A program made the position numbers and the translations under genes. Source: a virus (lineage: Duplodnaviria > Caudoviricetes). From it: DNA of 53,976 nucleotides. Below, in pieces: positions 9,658 to 17,073 of this stretch (within the stretch, counting starts at the first letter, position 1; the number at the start of each line of letters is the position of its first letter). The stretch covers positions 1-53,976 of the IMG/VR virus record IMGVR_UViG_3300030329_005429; one strand, written 5' to 3'. The notes under the pieces are model-generated. The model worked only from the letters and a program-made list of their open reading frames with translations. It ran no database searches and was not told the DNA's origin.

Positions 9658-9816
9658 ATGGACACACCTAGGAATAAGTATGAACTAGTTAAATGGGCTA
9701 AAAGTATTAATCTAAAAGATGCCAGTATAATGAGTAAAAGTCAACTGTATTGGTATTGGTATAACATAAAGTTGATTAAGAATGATGGAACTATAATAAC
9801 TAAAAAGGAGAATTAA
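9658..9816 (+). CDS. Small hypothetical protein (52 aa, not in ORF track)
   Basis: GAGGT SD; MDTPRNKYELVKWAKSINLKDASIMSKSQLYWYWYN...; stop abuts next ATG. Confidence 0.7.
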   Translation: MDTPRNKYELVKWAKSINLKDASIMSKSQLYWYWYNIKLIKNDGTIITKKEN

Positions 9817-10011
9817 ATGCCATTCACTAAAGTTGAACCAATTTATTTAAGTAAGTGTTGTAATAAGCCAAGAGATACTTGTTATGACCCAAAAGATAAT
9901 GTTTGCTCTCATTGCTTAAATAAAGCTAATTTTGAAAAGGTTAATAAAGAATATGCTAAGAAAGTTCGTGAAATAGAGTATTGTGAATGGTTACTTAATA
10001 ATAAGATATGA
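9817..10011 (+). CDS. Small Cys-rich (zinc-binding) protein
   Basis: AAGGAG SD; SKCC and CSHC. Confidence 0.75.
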   Translation: MPFTKVEPIYLSKCCNKPRDTCYDPKDNVCSHCLNKANFEKVNKEYAKKVREIEYCEWLLNNKI

Positions 10012-10169
10012 AGATATTATGTTTAAATAATGATTGTGGTTTATGGATGAGACCTCAGGATATAGTTTGGTTAAAGCATCCATTTGTATGTAGTTCTTGT
10101 AATAAACCAATTAATATAGTACATAACTATGAGGAGGAAGATGTCAAAGAGCAAGAAAAAAGAAAGTAG
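10008..10169 (+). CDS. Small zinc-ribbon protein (53 aa, not in ORF track)
   Basis: ATGA overlap with upstream stop; CLNNDC ... CSSC. Confidence 0.65.
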   Translation: MKILCLNNDCGLWMRPQDIVWLKHPFVCSSCNKPINIVHNYEEEDVKEQEKRK

Positions 10170-10413
10170 TATAGATTATAATATGTTAGCACACAATACG
10201 TTGCATCATCATGTAGATAAGAAATATATAGATATAAATGGAGCTATGTTTCCAGTAGAATTAGATTCAGATGGATTAAAGATAATACATATACCAGGCA
10301 TTGGTGTATGGAAGAAAGTTTTAGATGATAAAGATAACCAGATAACTCATTGCTTGAAATTGGGTGAAAGGCAAAGGATTATCATAAACGGAGAATACAA
10401 AGATGCCAAATAA
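10141..10413 (+). CDS. Hypothetical protein, paralog of 8807-9079
   Basis: GAGGAGG SD before ATG 10141; shared G-x2-(F/Y)P-x3-DSDG-x2-II motif. Confidence 0.75.
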   Translation: MSKSKKKESSIDYNMLAHNTLHHHVDKKYIDINGAMFPVELDSDGLKIIHIPGIGVWKKVLDDKDNQITHCLKLGERQRIIINGEYKDAK

Positions 10414-10606
10414 AAGTGCAAAAGCAAGAAAGCAAAAGAAAGTTGCTTTAACAAGTGATATAGCCAAGAAGAAGAAACTTGCTCGTAAAGCTAATCAAAA
10501 GCTACGAAAGAGTCTTGAAAAGAAGGGTTATACTAATATAAAAATAGTAAATGGTAAAGCAATTCGCTATCAAAATGAAAAGGGGGAAGTAATTGAAGAT
10601 AAATAG
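10403..10606 (+). CDS. Small basic hypothetical protein
   Basis: GGAG SD; MPNKSAKARKQKK Lys-rich N-terminus. Confidence 0.75.
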   Translation: MPNKSAKARKQKKVALTSDIAKKKKLARKANQKLRKSLEKKGYTNIKIVNGKAIRYQNEKGEVIEDK

Positions 10607-10940
10607 CCTCCGAATTATAATAGCTTGTGTTACATTAGTATTATTGTCAAGCGTAATAGTTGCTTATAATACATATGATTATGAAACAGCAGCTTATCTT
10701 TCTATTATTATATTTATTAATCTATTGCTATTAGTAGGAATGGGTCAATTAAATTCAAATAAGGATGATTTTTCATTCGTAGTAATAATAGAACAAAAGT
10801 GGGAGAAAAGCTCTCCTTATGTAGCTTATTCTTATAAATCACGCAGTGCAGCAGAGAAAAGAGCTAAGGAAGAGAGAGCCATGTCGGTTAATACCAAAGC
10901 AGAGGTTATGATGTATGAATCTAGAGTTATGGATTGGTAA
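10593..10940 (+). CDS. Membrane protein with two predicted TM helices
   Basis: Two hydrophobic segments, IIIACVTLVLLSSVIVAY and YLSIIIFINLLLLVGM. Confidence 0.7.
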   Translation: MKINSLRIIIACVTLVLLSSVIVAYNTYDYETAAYLSIIIFINLLLLVGMGQLNSNKDDFSFVVIIEQKWEKSSPYVAYSYKSRSAAEKRAKEERAMSVNTKAEVMMYESRVMDW

Positions 10941-10947
10941 TAACTAT

Positions 10948-11011
10948 TCTTGTGGAGTAAAGGGCTTGAGTTGTAATGTGCTTGAGCCCTTTAAGAAGAA
11001 GATACACAAGA
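10948..11011 (+). promoter_or_regulatory. Intergenic extended hairpin
   Basis: TAAAGGGCTTGAG/CTTGAGCCCTTTA stem (10958-10993) enclosed by TCTTGTG/CACAAGA; tandem AAGATACAC repeats at its 3' end. Confidence 0.55.
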
Positions 11012-11042
11012 TACACCAGGATACTATATTAGAGAGGTATAA

Positions 11043-11237
11043 ATGAAAAGGCCAGTAGTTAAAAAAATAAGGAAATATGTCCCAGATGTTAAAATGATAA
11101 TAACAAAAGATTTGCAAATATGTGCTCTTGTAGGTAAAAAAGAAATACCTTGGGATGAGTATCAAATAAGAAAGAATATGGGTAGAAACGAACCTTGTTA
11201 TTGTAATAGTAATAAGAAATATAAAAAGTGTTGTTAG
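11043..11237 (+). CDS. Small protein with C-terminal SEC-C zinc-binding motif
   Basis: GRNEPCYCNSNKKYKKCC matches the SEC-C consensus GRNxPCxCGSGKKYKxC. Confidence 0.8.
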   Translation: MKRPVVKKIRKYVPDVKMIITKDLQICALVGKKEIPWDEYQIRKNMGRNEPCYCNSNKKYKKCC

Positions 11238-11257
11238 TTAAAATATTAAGGAGTATA

Positions 11258-11638
11258 ATGAAATTATTTACTATAATAGTAGAAAGAATAGATTCAAGTT
11301 TTGAACCAAAAAAAGATATAATAATGGGTGATAGAGATGTTATGTATTTCGGAACATTTACAAGCTATAAAAAGGCATTAAAAGGTTTTAGACAGGTATA
11401 TAGGCATGTTTTGAAGTATCATGAAATAAGTCCTTTAAAAGTAACAAAGAAATTTAAAGATTTATTTGAACAAGATACATTATGTTGGAATAAAATAACA
11501 CCTAAATTTTACACTTCTAAGGCAGCTTTATCAGGAGATTGGGATAGAAAAGATGTGAATGAGTATTATTTTAGATTTACAATTAATAAATTAGACCATT
11601 ATATAGATGATAATGGACAATTGAAAATAGTCAAATAA
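11258..11638 (+). CDS. Hypothetical protein
   Basis: AAGGAG SD before ATG 11258 (track start 11228 is probably too early). Confidence 0.7.
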   Translation: MKLFTIIVERIDSSFEPKKDIIMGDRDVMYFGTFTSYKKALKGFRQVYRHVLKYHEISPLKVTKKFKDLFEQDTLCWNKITPKFYTSKAALSGDWDRKDVNEYYFRFTINKLDHYIDDNGQLKIVK

Positions 11639-11642
11639 TAAA

Positions 11643-11900
11643 ATGAGATATAAAGACAAAGACGGATATCAATATAATTTTAAATGCAGATATGTTAACA
11701 ATTCTAATACTTGTAGTTATTGCGAACCAGCCTATGAAGTTCCAATGACTTTAGAGTTAAGAAAGTTATTAACAGCTTTAGATGGTAGAGGTTCATTATA
11801 TGAAAAGCCTTATATTAACCTAGACAAAGGAGAGCTGTCATATGATGAATTTGAAAGAATAAAAGATATTACTGAAATAAAAACAAAAAAAGGAGAATAA
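11643..11900 (+). CDS. Hypothetical protein with CxxC
   Basis: Open frame in operon; CSYC. Confidence 0.7.
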   Translation: MRYKDKDGYQYNFKCRYVNNSNTCSYCEPAYEVPMTLELRKLLTALDGRGSLYEKPYINLDKGELSYDEFERIKDITEIKTKKGE

Positions 11901-11916
11901 AAGGAGGTAATAATAA

Positions 11917-12213
11917 ATGACATCAATGGATGAAATGATGCAAAAAATAAGTATAGGAACACAAGTATTTTGTGATTTTTGTAATGGCGGAGCAGATACC
12001 AAGGGAGGAGTTATGCTTGGAAGCTACGCTGTATGTGGTAATTGTTGCGAAAGAAATGGTTATTACGACACAAAAAGCGATGAAATAGATGAAGTATTTG
12101 ATAAAAATAAAACATTCAAAGTAAATGTTCTTGATAGAAGAAAAAGAACAACTGGTAGTAGCGAAGGAATTATAACTATTACTAAATTTCCTAATATAAC
12201 AGAAGAATCATAA
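11917..12213 (+). CDS. Zinc-finger protein (CxxC...CxxC, ClpX-C4-like spacing)
   Basis: AAGGAGG SD; CDFC ... VCGNC. Confidence 0.75.
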   Translation: MTSMDEMMQKISIGTQVFCDFCNGGADTKGGVMLGSYAVCGNCCERNGYYDTKSDEIDEVFDKNKTFKVNVLDRRKRTTGSSEGIITITKFPNITEES

Positions 12214-12216
12214 GTT

Positions 12217-12280
12217 TTTTGGATTAAGAGGCTTAAGATGTTATGTTCTGACAAAACAGAGGTTAATTAGGAATCTAAAA
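12217..12280 (+). ncRNA. Hairpin element A (weak member of the array)
   Basis: TTTTGGATT/AATCTAAAA closing stem followed by AAGA; inner TCTG/CAGA hairpin; lacks the 3' UGA. Confidence 0.3.
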
Positions 12281-12365
12281 GCACTCAGTAGCCAAGTTGT
12301 TGTATAAATAGATATCGGAGTGTCTATAAGTACAATTGTGCAACAAAGCCGAGACCTGAGTGCTT
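12279..12365 (+). ncRNA. Hairpin element B
   Basis: AAGCACTCAG/CTGAGTGCTT 10-bp perfect stem; inner TTGTTGTA/TGCAACAA and ATAGATAT-CGGA-GTGTCTAT stems with G-U pairs on +. Confidence 0.6.
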
Positions 12366-12371
12366 ATTATT

Positions 12372-12445
12372 TATGAGAGCCAATAAGCCAAGTGATGCTA
12401 TTCTTGTGGAAGGGTTATAGTAGAGACATCGGTGAGGCTCTCATA
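12372..12445 (+). ncRNA. Hairpin element C (AAUA/UGA internal loop)
   Basis: TATGAGAGCC-AATA...TGA-GGCTCTCATA, 10-bp stem. Confidence 0.7.
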
Positions 12446-12467
12446 TATTTAAAAGATTTTATAAATT

Positions 12468-12567
12468 AAAAGAGAGCCAATAACTGGTCCTGTAAGTCCC
12501 TTTTTAGTAGTACCTCTCAAAAACTACTCCTTTTTTTAGGGCAAAGGAATATGTGAGGCTCTCTTTT
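12468..12567 (+). ncRNA. Hairpin element D (AAUA/UGA internal loop)
   Basis: AAAAGAGAGCC-AATA...TGA-GGCTCTCTTTT, 11-bp stem; inner TCCT/AGGA, GTCC/GGGC, AGTAGT/ACTACT. Confidence 0.7.
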
Positions 12568-12575
12568 TATGATTT

Positions 12576-12693
12576 AAAAGCTAAGTAAAGAGCTGTAACC
12601 GTGAGGCCAGCCAGGGAGAAGTTAATGCGTTCAACAACTATAGTTTTTCTTGCTAGACTATAGTATCCTTTCCCGACTTGATACTTAGCTTTT
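12576..12693 (+). ncRNA. Hairpin element E (AAGA/UGA internal loop, multibranch)
   Basis: AAAAGCTAAGTA-AAGA...TGA-TACTTAGCTTTT, 12-bp stem; inner GNRA hairpin CC-GTGA-GG and ACTATAGTTT/AGACTATAGT. Confidence 0.7.
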
Positions 12694-12699
12694 TATTTA

Positions 12700-12769
12700 T
12701 TGGGAATCAATAATGTTATAATTATGTCCTCGCCACGGTGCCTGGGGCAGATGCGCATGAGATTCCCAA
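12700..12769 (+). ncRNA. Hairpin element F (AAUA/UGA internal loop)
   Basis: TTGGGAATC-AATA...TGA-GATTCCCAA, 9-bp stem; inner TGTCCT/GGGGCA. Confidence 0.7.
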
Positions 12770-12795
12770 ATAATTAAGTGAAAAAGGAGAAGTAA

Positions 12796-13218
12796 ATGCA
12801 AGTAAACCCACAAGTAGTAGACGAGACTAACCATGGTAAATTGTATGATGATAAGTTATGGAAGGTCTTACAAATAAAAAAATACATAAAACCCACTTTA
12901 TCTAGTCAAGATTGCCCTAAAAGGTATAAAATATATTATCTTGCAAAGAAAAAAGTATTAAGGATATTCGGTGAATCTATATCTCTAAAAGGATTAGTAA
13001 GGATACCGAGTTATGTTATGTATGTAAATACAGATAGCTATAAAAATGGAGAAGTAGTGAAGAAGACACAGATAGACCATATTAGTGAGTTTGTATTTAA
13101 AACCAGCTATTTTATGGCTAAAAGGGCAAAGGTATATCGTAAATCAGTTTGCGGTGTATGCCCAAAAATAGAATGTTCTTTCAATAGTAAATACAAAGGA
13201 GAAGTAAATGGCAAATAA
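12796..13218 (+). CDS. Basic hypothetical protein with C-terminal CxxCxxxxC
   Basis: AAGGAG SD; CGVCPKIEC; overlaps the Ubl start. Confidence 0.75.
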   Translation: MQVNPQVVDETNHGKLYDDKLWKVLQIKKYIKPTLSSQDCPKRYKIYYLAKKKVLRIFGESISLKGLVRIPSYVMYVNTDSYKNGEVVKKTQIDHISEFVFKTSYFMAKRAKVYRKSVCGVCPKIECSFNSKYKGEVNGK

Positions 13219-13441
13219 TAATAAAGCAAGCGTATTCTTAAATGATTATGACCACGGTCATAAGCCAAGAAAAGTAGAATATGAAACTTTAGGTGATTTA
13301 GCATCAGGTGAGAATCTTACAACTGATAAAAAAGAAGTAACCATAATGATTAATGGTGCACCTGAAGATGATTTAGGAAAAGCTTTAAGAGATAATGATA
13401 CTGTAACATTTTCTAGAGTTCATCACAAATCAGGAAAATAG
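13208..13441 (+). CDS. Ubiquitin-like (ThiS/MoaD beta-grasp) protein ending SG-K
   Basis: 77 aa; TLGDL, IMING, LRDNDTVTF pattern of beta-grasp proteins; penultimate Gly; upstream of E2/JAB/E1. Confidence 0.8.
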   Translation: MANNNKASVFLNDYDHGHKPRKVEYETLGDLASGENLTTDKKEVTIMINGAPEDDLGKALRDNDTVTFSRVHHKSGK

Positions 13442-13456
13442 TTAGTATTTAAAAAT

Positions 13457-13525
13457 TAGAAGGGGTCAAGATAAGTTCAAATCGAAGATGGCAGTGTCTT
13501 TAATTTTGCTTTGAGACTCCTTCTA
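13457..13525 (+). ncRNA. Hairpin element G (AAGA/UGA internal loop) between the Ubl and E2 genes
   Basis: TAGAAGGGGTC-AAGA...TGA-GACTCCTTCTA, 11-bp stem with one G-U. Confidence 0.65.
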
Positions 13526-13540
13526 TTATTTGGAGAAAAT

Positions 13541-14785
13541 ATGACAAGAAAAGTAGAGAAGTTAGTAAACCTTGTAGAAAGCAATGTTAATCATTCTAAT
13601 CTATATCCAACAAGAGTTATTGCAAAATGGGAAGAAATAAAGGAATTATTCATATTACAAGCTGAATTAGTAGAAAAGAACTTCGAATTACTTGTTACTG
13701 CAAGAAAAAATCCTGAATTTAAAGTGATTTTAAGAGATATTCAAGTGAATACTGATGAAGGTGTTGTTAATATGGGTAATTATATATTGCATTTTAAATT
13801 AAATGTATGGGCTATGAAATGGAGTATTAGCTTTAATCAAGCAATAACTACTGTTTATGGAAGAAAGAAAATAATCCATGGATATCATCCTCATTTAAGT
13901 GGTGGAAGACCTTGTTTAGGAGATTTTAGAGATGAATATAATAATATGCTGGAAAATTTTACAATAATGGACGCAGTTTCTAAATGTAAATCTTTTCTAG
14001 AATGTTATAATAGATTAAATCCTTACCATGATATAGCATATTATATTAAAATAGAAGCAGAAATACCAGGTACTGATGATATAATGGTATGGGAGGGACT
14101 TACTAAAGCCTATACAATGTTTAGAGTAAATGACATTTATGTACCAGGAATGGATAGTTTGGTATTAGGGTCGAGAGATTGGGGAAAATTCAGTAAAATA
14201 ATAGCATCTATAATAGAAAGATATCAATGTAGCCAGCAAAGAGCTGTTGCTATATTTATAAGACACGCAAGATGCTTCTTTTATTTTATAAATAGAAAAT
14301 TAAGCGAATTTTCAGGAATGATTCCAAATTCTGAACTAAATAAATGTGGCTGGTTCTTAGCACATAATGGAAGATACTATCATATAAGAGATTATCCTAT
14401 ATATCTTGATTCAGAAACAACTAGAAAATTAAGAGCATATGATAGAGTTAGATATTTAGATACTTATATGGAAAGATTACATGAAATATTGGACTTAGAA
14501 ATGTCATTTGTTGATGATTTGACAAAATGGGAACATAGAAGTCTAGGATTGTATTCTGAAACATTTAATGGTATATCTATATATCAGGAATTAGGTGATA
14601 GAATAATAAATGAAGGATTTGAAAATCAGAAAGGTGTCCATGAGACATTAGTAGAAGCAGGATATTACATAAGAAGAAAATATCTTGAATATTTAAACTT
14701 AGAAAAACAAAGGATAGAAAATGAAATTATCAATTTCAATGAAGATGGAAAACAAAATAACTTATTTGCTCAACCATTATCTTAA
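13541..14785 (+). CDS. Prokaryotic E2-like (UBC-fold) conjugating protein with long C-terminal extension
   Basis: HPHLSGGRPCLGDF matches the HPH-x-C catalytic signature, followed by FLECYN; GGAG SD before ATG 13541. Confidence 0.75.
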   Translation: MTRKVEKLVNLVESNVNHSNLYPTRVIAKWEEIKELFILQAELVEKNFELLVTARKNPEFKVILRDIQVNTDEGVVNMGNYILHFKLNVWAMKWSISFNQAITTVYGRKKIIHGYHPHLSGGRPCLGDFRDEYNNMLENFTIMDAVSKCKSFLECYNRLNPYHDIAYYIKIEAEIPGTDDIMVWEGLTKAYTMFRVNDIYVPGMDSLVLGSRDWGKFSKIIASIIERYQCSQQRAVAIFIRHARCFFYFINRKLSEFSGMIPNSELNKCGWFLAHNGRYYHIRDYPIYLDSETTRKLRAYDRVRYLDTYMERLHEILDLEMSFVDDLTKWEHRSLGLYSETFNGISIYQELGDRIINEGFENQKGVHETLVEAGYYIRRKYLEYLNLEKQRIENEIINFNEDGKQNNLFAQPLS

Positions 14786-15524
14786 TATTGAATGGAGTGG
14801 TCCATGTTGGTATTCATACAAAAAGGATGAAGATGGATTTCCAACAGAGTTCAAATTAGAACATTTTGTATTATTAGATAAAGGAACAGCATCAGCAACT
14901 GATTGGTCAGGAGAACAGTTCGGTAAAATCTTTCCAATTATCATGAAGAAATACCCAAAACTAAAAAAATGTGTTGTAGGAAATATACATTCACACCATA
15001 CTATGGGAGCATTCTTTAGTGGAACAGATATAGAGCATCTGGAAGAAAATGCAAATAAAGACTTTTATCCAAGCCTTGTAGTAGCAAGGTCAGGAAAAGC
15101 ATTAAAAGCATTTGCATTTAGCTATAAAGACCAATACAATAACATTCATAGATATGAAGTTGATGAAGATGATATAGCAGTAAAGATTCCTAAACCAGAA
15201 AAAGAATGGTTAAGAGAAATAAAAGAAGCAGAAAAAGTATCAAAACCTGAAGCAATAACATTAGCTAGTAATAATAGAGGGTATTATAATGCTTTTAATC
15301 GAAACCACAATCAATCCTATTTATTCAATTATCATCAAAATGGATGGGGAGAAAAGGTATTAGATGAAACAGACCCAAAAACTTGGACGGATGAAGAGAA
15401 GATAGAAGCCTGGCAAGAAGTAATGGATGATATAGAAATGGGGTTTCAAGATACAATAGAAGCTAAAAAAAGGCTAAAGGAAATAGGTGTTAGCTGGGAA
15501 GGAGTAATAGTTGGAAATAAATAG
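14721..15524 (+). CDS. JAB/JAMM metalloisopeptidase
   Basis: N-terminal EWSG glutamate and HSHHTMGAFFSGTD (HxH-x7-S-x2-D). Confidence 0.92.
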   Translation: MKLSISMKMENKITYLLNHYLNIEWSGPCWYSYKKDEDGFPTEFKLEHFVLLDKGTASATDWSGEQFGKIFPIIMKKYPKLKKCVVGNIHSHHTMGAFFSGTDIEHLEENANKDFYPSLVVARSGKALKAFAFSYKDQYNNIHRYEVDEDDIAVKIPKPEKEWLREIKEAEKVSKPEAITLASNNRGYYNAFNRNHNQSYLFNYHQNGWGEKVLDETDPKTWTDEEKIEAWQEVMDDIEMGFQDTIEAKKRLKEIGVSWEGVIVGNK

Positions 15525-16191
15525 TTCTAGGTTTTTAAGAAATAAAGATTTAATAGACCAAAAGAACTTAAAAGGAAAAGTAACTTTAATAGGAGCAGGC
15601 GGAATTGGGTCTGCTCTTATTCAGTTATTAGCAATAATGGGATGGAAAGATGTAATGGTATGGGATGATGATGTATTAGCTCCTCATAACTTATCAACTA
15701 CAACTTATCAACCTAAATACCTTGGAAAAGATAAATCTTTAGTAGCAATGGAAACATTCAATTCATTTTCAGATAAATCTCAAAAAATAAATCATAAACC
15801 ATTTAGATGGTATTCAGATAGTAAGATAAGCCCTAGAGTATTCTTAGGCCCTGACAATATGGATACCAGGAAAGAGGTTTATGAGAAATGGGCTTCATTA
15901 AGCAATAGGGAATTTCTTATAGATATGAGAATGGGTGCATTAGGAATGGAAATAATAACAGCAACAAAAGAAAGCGATAATTATATGGATACTTGGATGG
16001 ATGGTAATTCCATAAAAGACGAAGCTTGTACTATGAAACATACTATATTCACAGCTAATATAGTAGCTGGTTTTGGTATAAATCAGGCATTTTGCGTATT
16101 GCAAGGAATACCATATTATTCGTATATTAACATCAGTTTAACTCCCCTTATCTGTAGGAAAGAGGGGTTTACTGTCTCTAGAACATTATAA
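15511..16191 (+). CDS. ThiF/MoeB/E1-family adenylating enzyme
   Basis: RFLRN, GAGGIGS, DDDVLAPHNL, GPDNMDTR, IDMRMG, candidate catalytic Cys in DEACT. Confidence 0.92.
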   Translation: MEINSSRFLRNKDLIDQKNLKGKVTLIGAGGIGSALIQLLAIMGWKDVMVWDDDVLAPHNLSTTTYQPKYLGKDKSLVAMETFNSFSDKSQKINHKPFRWYSDSKISPRVFLGPDNMDTRKEVYEKWASLSNREFLIDMRMGALGMEIITATKESDNYMDTWMDGNSIKDEACTMKHTIFTANIVAGFGINQAFCVLQGIPYYSYINISLTPLICRKEGFTVSRTL

Positions 16192-16203
16192 AATAGGAGA
16201 AAT

Positions 16204-17070
16204 ATGGACATTCAAATAAGAAAAGTAAAGAATGATTGGAAAGAGATGCCTAATGGTATTACCTATTATTTTATTGGTCAACCTAAGACTGGTAAAACAA
16301 CCGCAGCTTCTAAATGGAGTAGCAAAGGTAGTGAAGGCGTTCTTCTAATTGATACTGATTTAGGTAGTGATTTTGTTGAAAATGCAAACACTATAACTGT
16401 ATCATCATTAAATGAACCTATAAGAGAAAAAATGAGTGAAGATGGTAGAAAAATAGTAAATAAAAAAGGTCAACGGGAGGTAGAAATAGTTCCTCCAGAA
16501 GAAAGAGGATTTTATTATCGTTCAGGTGATAATAAAGGAAAGCCTATGCCTGTTTATTCTATGAGTGAAGTATTGCAATGGATTAAATCCAATTGGAATA
16601 AAGTTCCTTATGATACTATAGTAATAGATACAATTGACCAGGTAAATAGATGGATTGAAGAAAAAGTTACAAGAGAACTTAATATAAGAGCAATGGGTGA
16701 AGGACAATGGGGTGCTGACTGGGGTATGGCAAGAAGAAATAATGTCGATATCATAGTTAGATTCCAAAAACTAATGAAGCAGCTTGGGGGGAATTTAGTG
16801 TTGATAAGTCATAGTAAAACTACTACTATAACAGATGGAAAAGCACAATTGTCCCCTGAATTACCAAGAGGATTAGCATATAGCATAACAGCTAAAGCGG
16901 ATGTAATTGGATATTCTACAGTAGATAAAGAATCAGGAGATTATAAAATATCATTTGAATCTTATGATGAAAGAACTGTAGGAAGTCGATTAAAGCCTTT
17001 AGCTCAAAAAAGCTTGCTATTCGATTATAAAACAATATTAAATGAAATCTTAACTTATAAGGAGAAGTAA
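16204..17070 (+). CDS. AAA_24/Sak4-like ATPase (phage recombination)
   Basis: Walker A GQPKTGKT, Walker B TIVIDT, LISH, ADVIGY. Confidence 0.85.
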   Translation: MDIQIRKVKNDWKEMPNGITYYFIGQPKTGKTTAASKWSSKGSEGVLLIDTDLGSDFVENANTITVSSLNEPIREKMSEDGRKIVNKKGQREVEIVPPEERGFYYRSGDNKGKPMPVYSMSEVLQWIKSNWNKVPYDTIVIDTIDQVNRWIEEKVTRELNIRAMGEGQWGADWGMARRNNVDIIVRFQKLMKQLGGNLVLISHSKTTTITDGKAQLSPELPRGLAYSITAKADVIGYSTVDKESGDYKISFESYDERTVGSRLKPLAQKSLLFDYKTILNEILTYKEK

Positions 17071-17073
17071 AAT

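Noticed and set aside
12702-12769. HDV-like ribozyme in element F (UCCUCGC resembles HDV L3)
   Set aside because: Putative P1 and P3 each have a mismatch and no P2 pairing is found; a simple nested hairpin explains it better
12279-12769. tRNA genes or tandem intrinsic terminators
   Set aside because: No T-loop/cloverleaf consensus; enclosed regions of about 50-95 nt are too large for terminators and only D and E have real U tracts
12214-12780. CRISPR mini-array or TIGR-type guide array
   Set aside because: No constant-length repeat/spacer period, CCA-to-UG spacing is inconsistent, and I recognised no Cas or Nop-domain protein
15511-16191. ThiF as a thiamine/molybdopterin biosynthesis auxiliary gene
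   Set aside because: No thiG, moaE or desulfurase nearby; adjacent E2 and JAB favour conjugation
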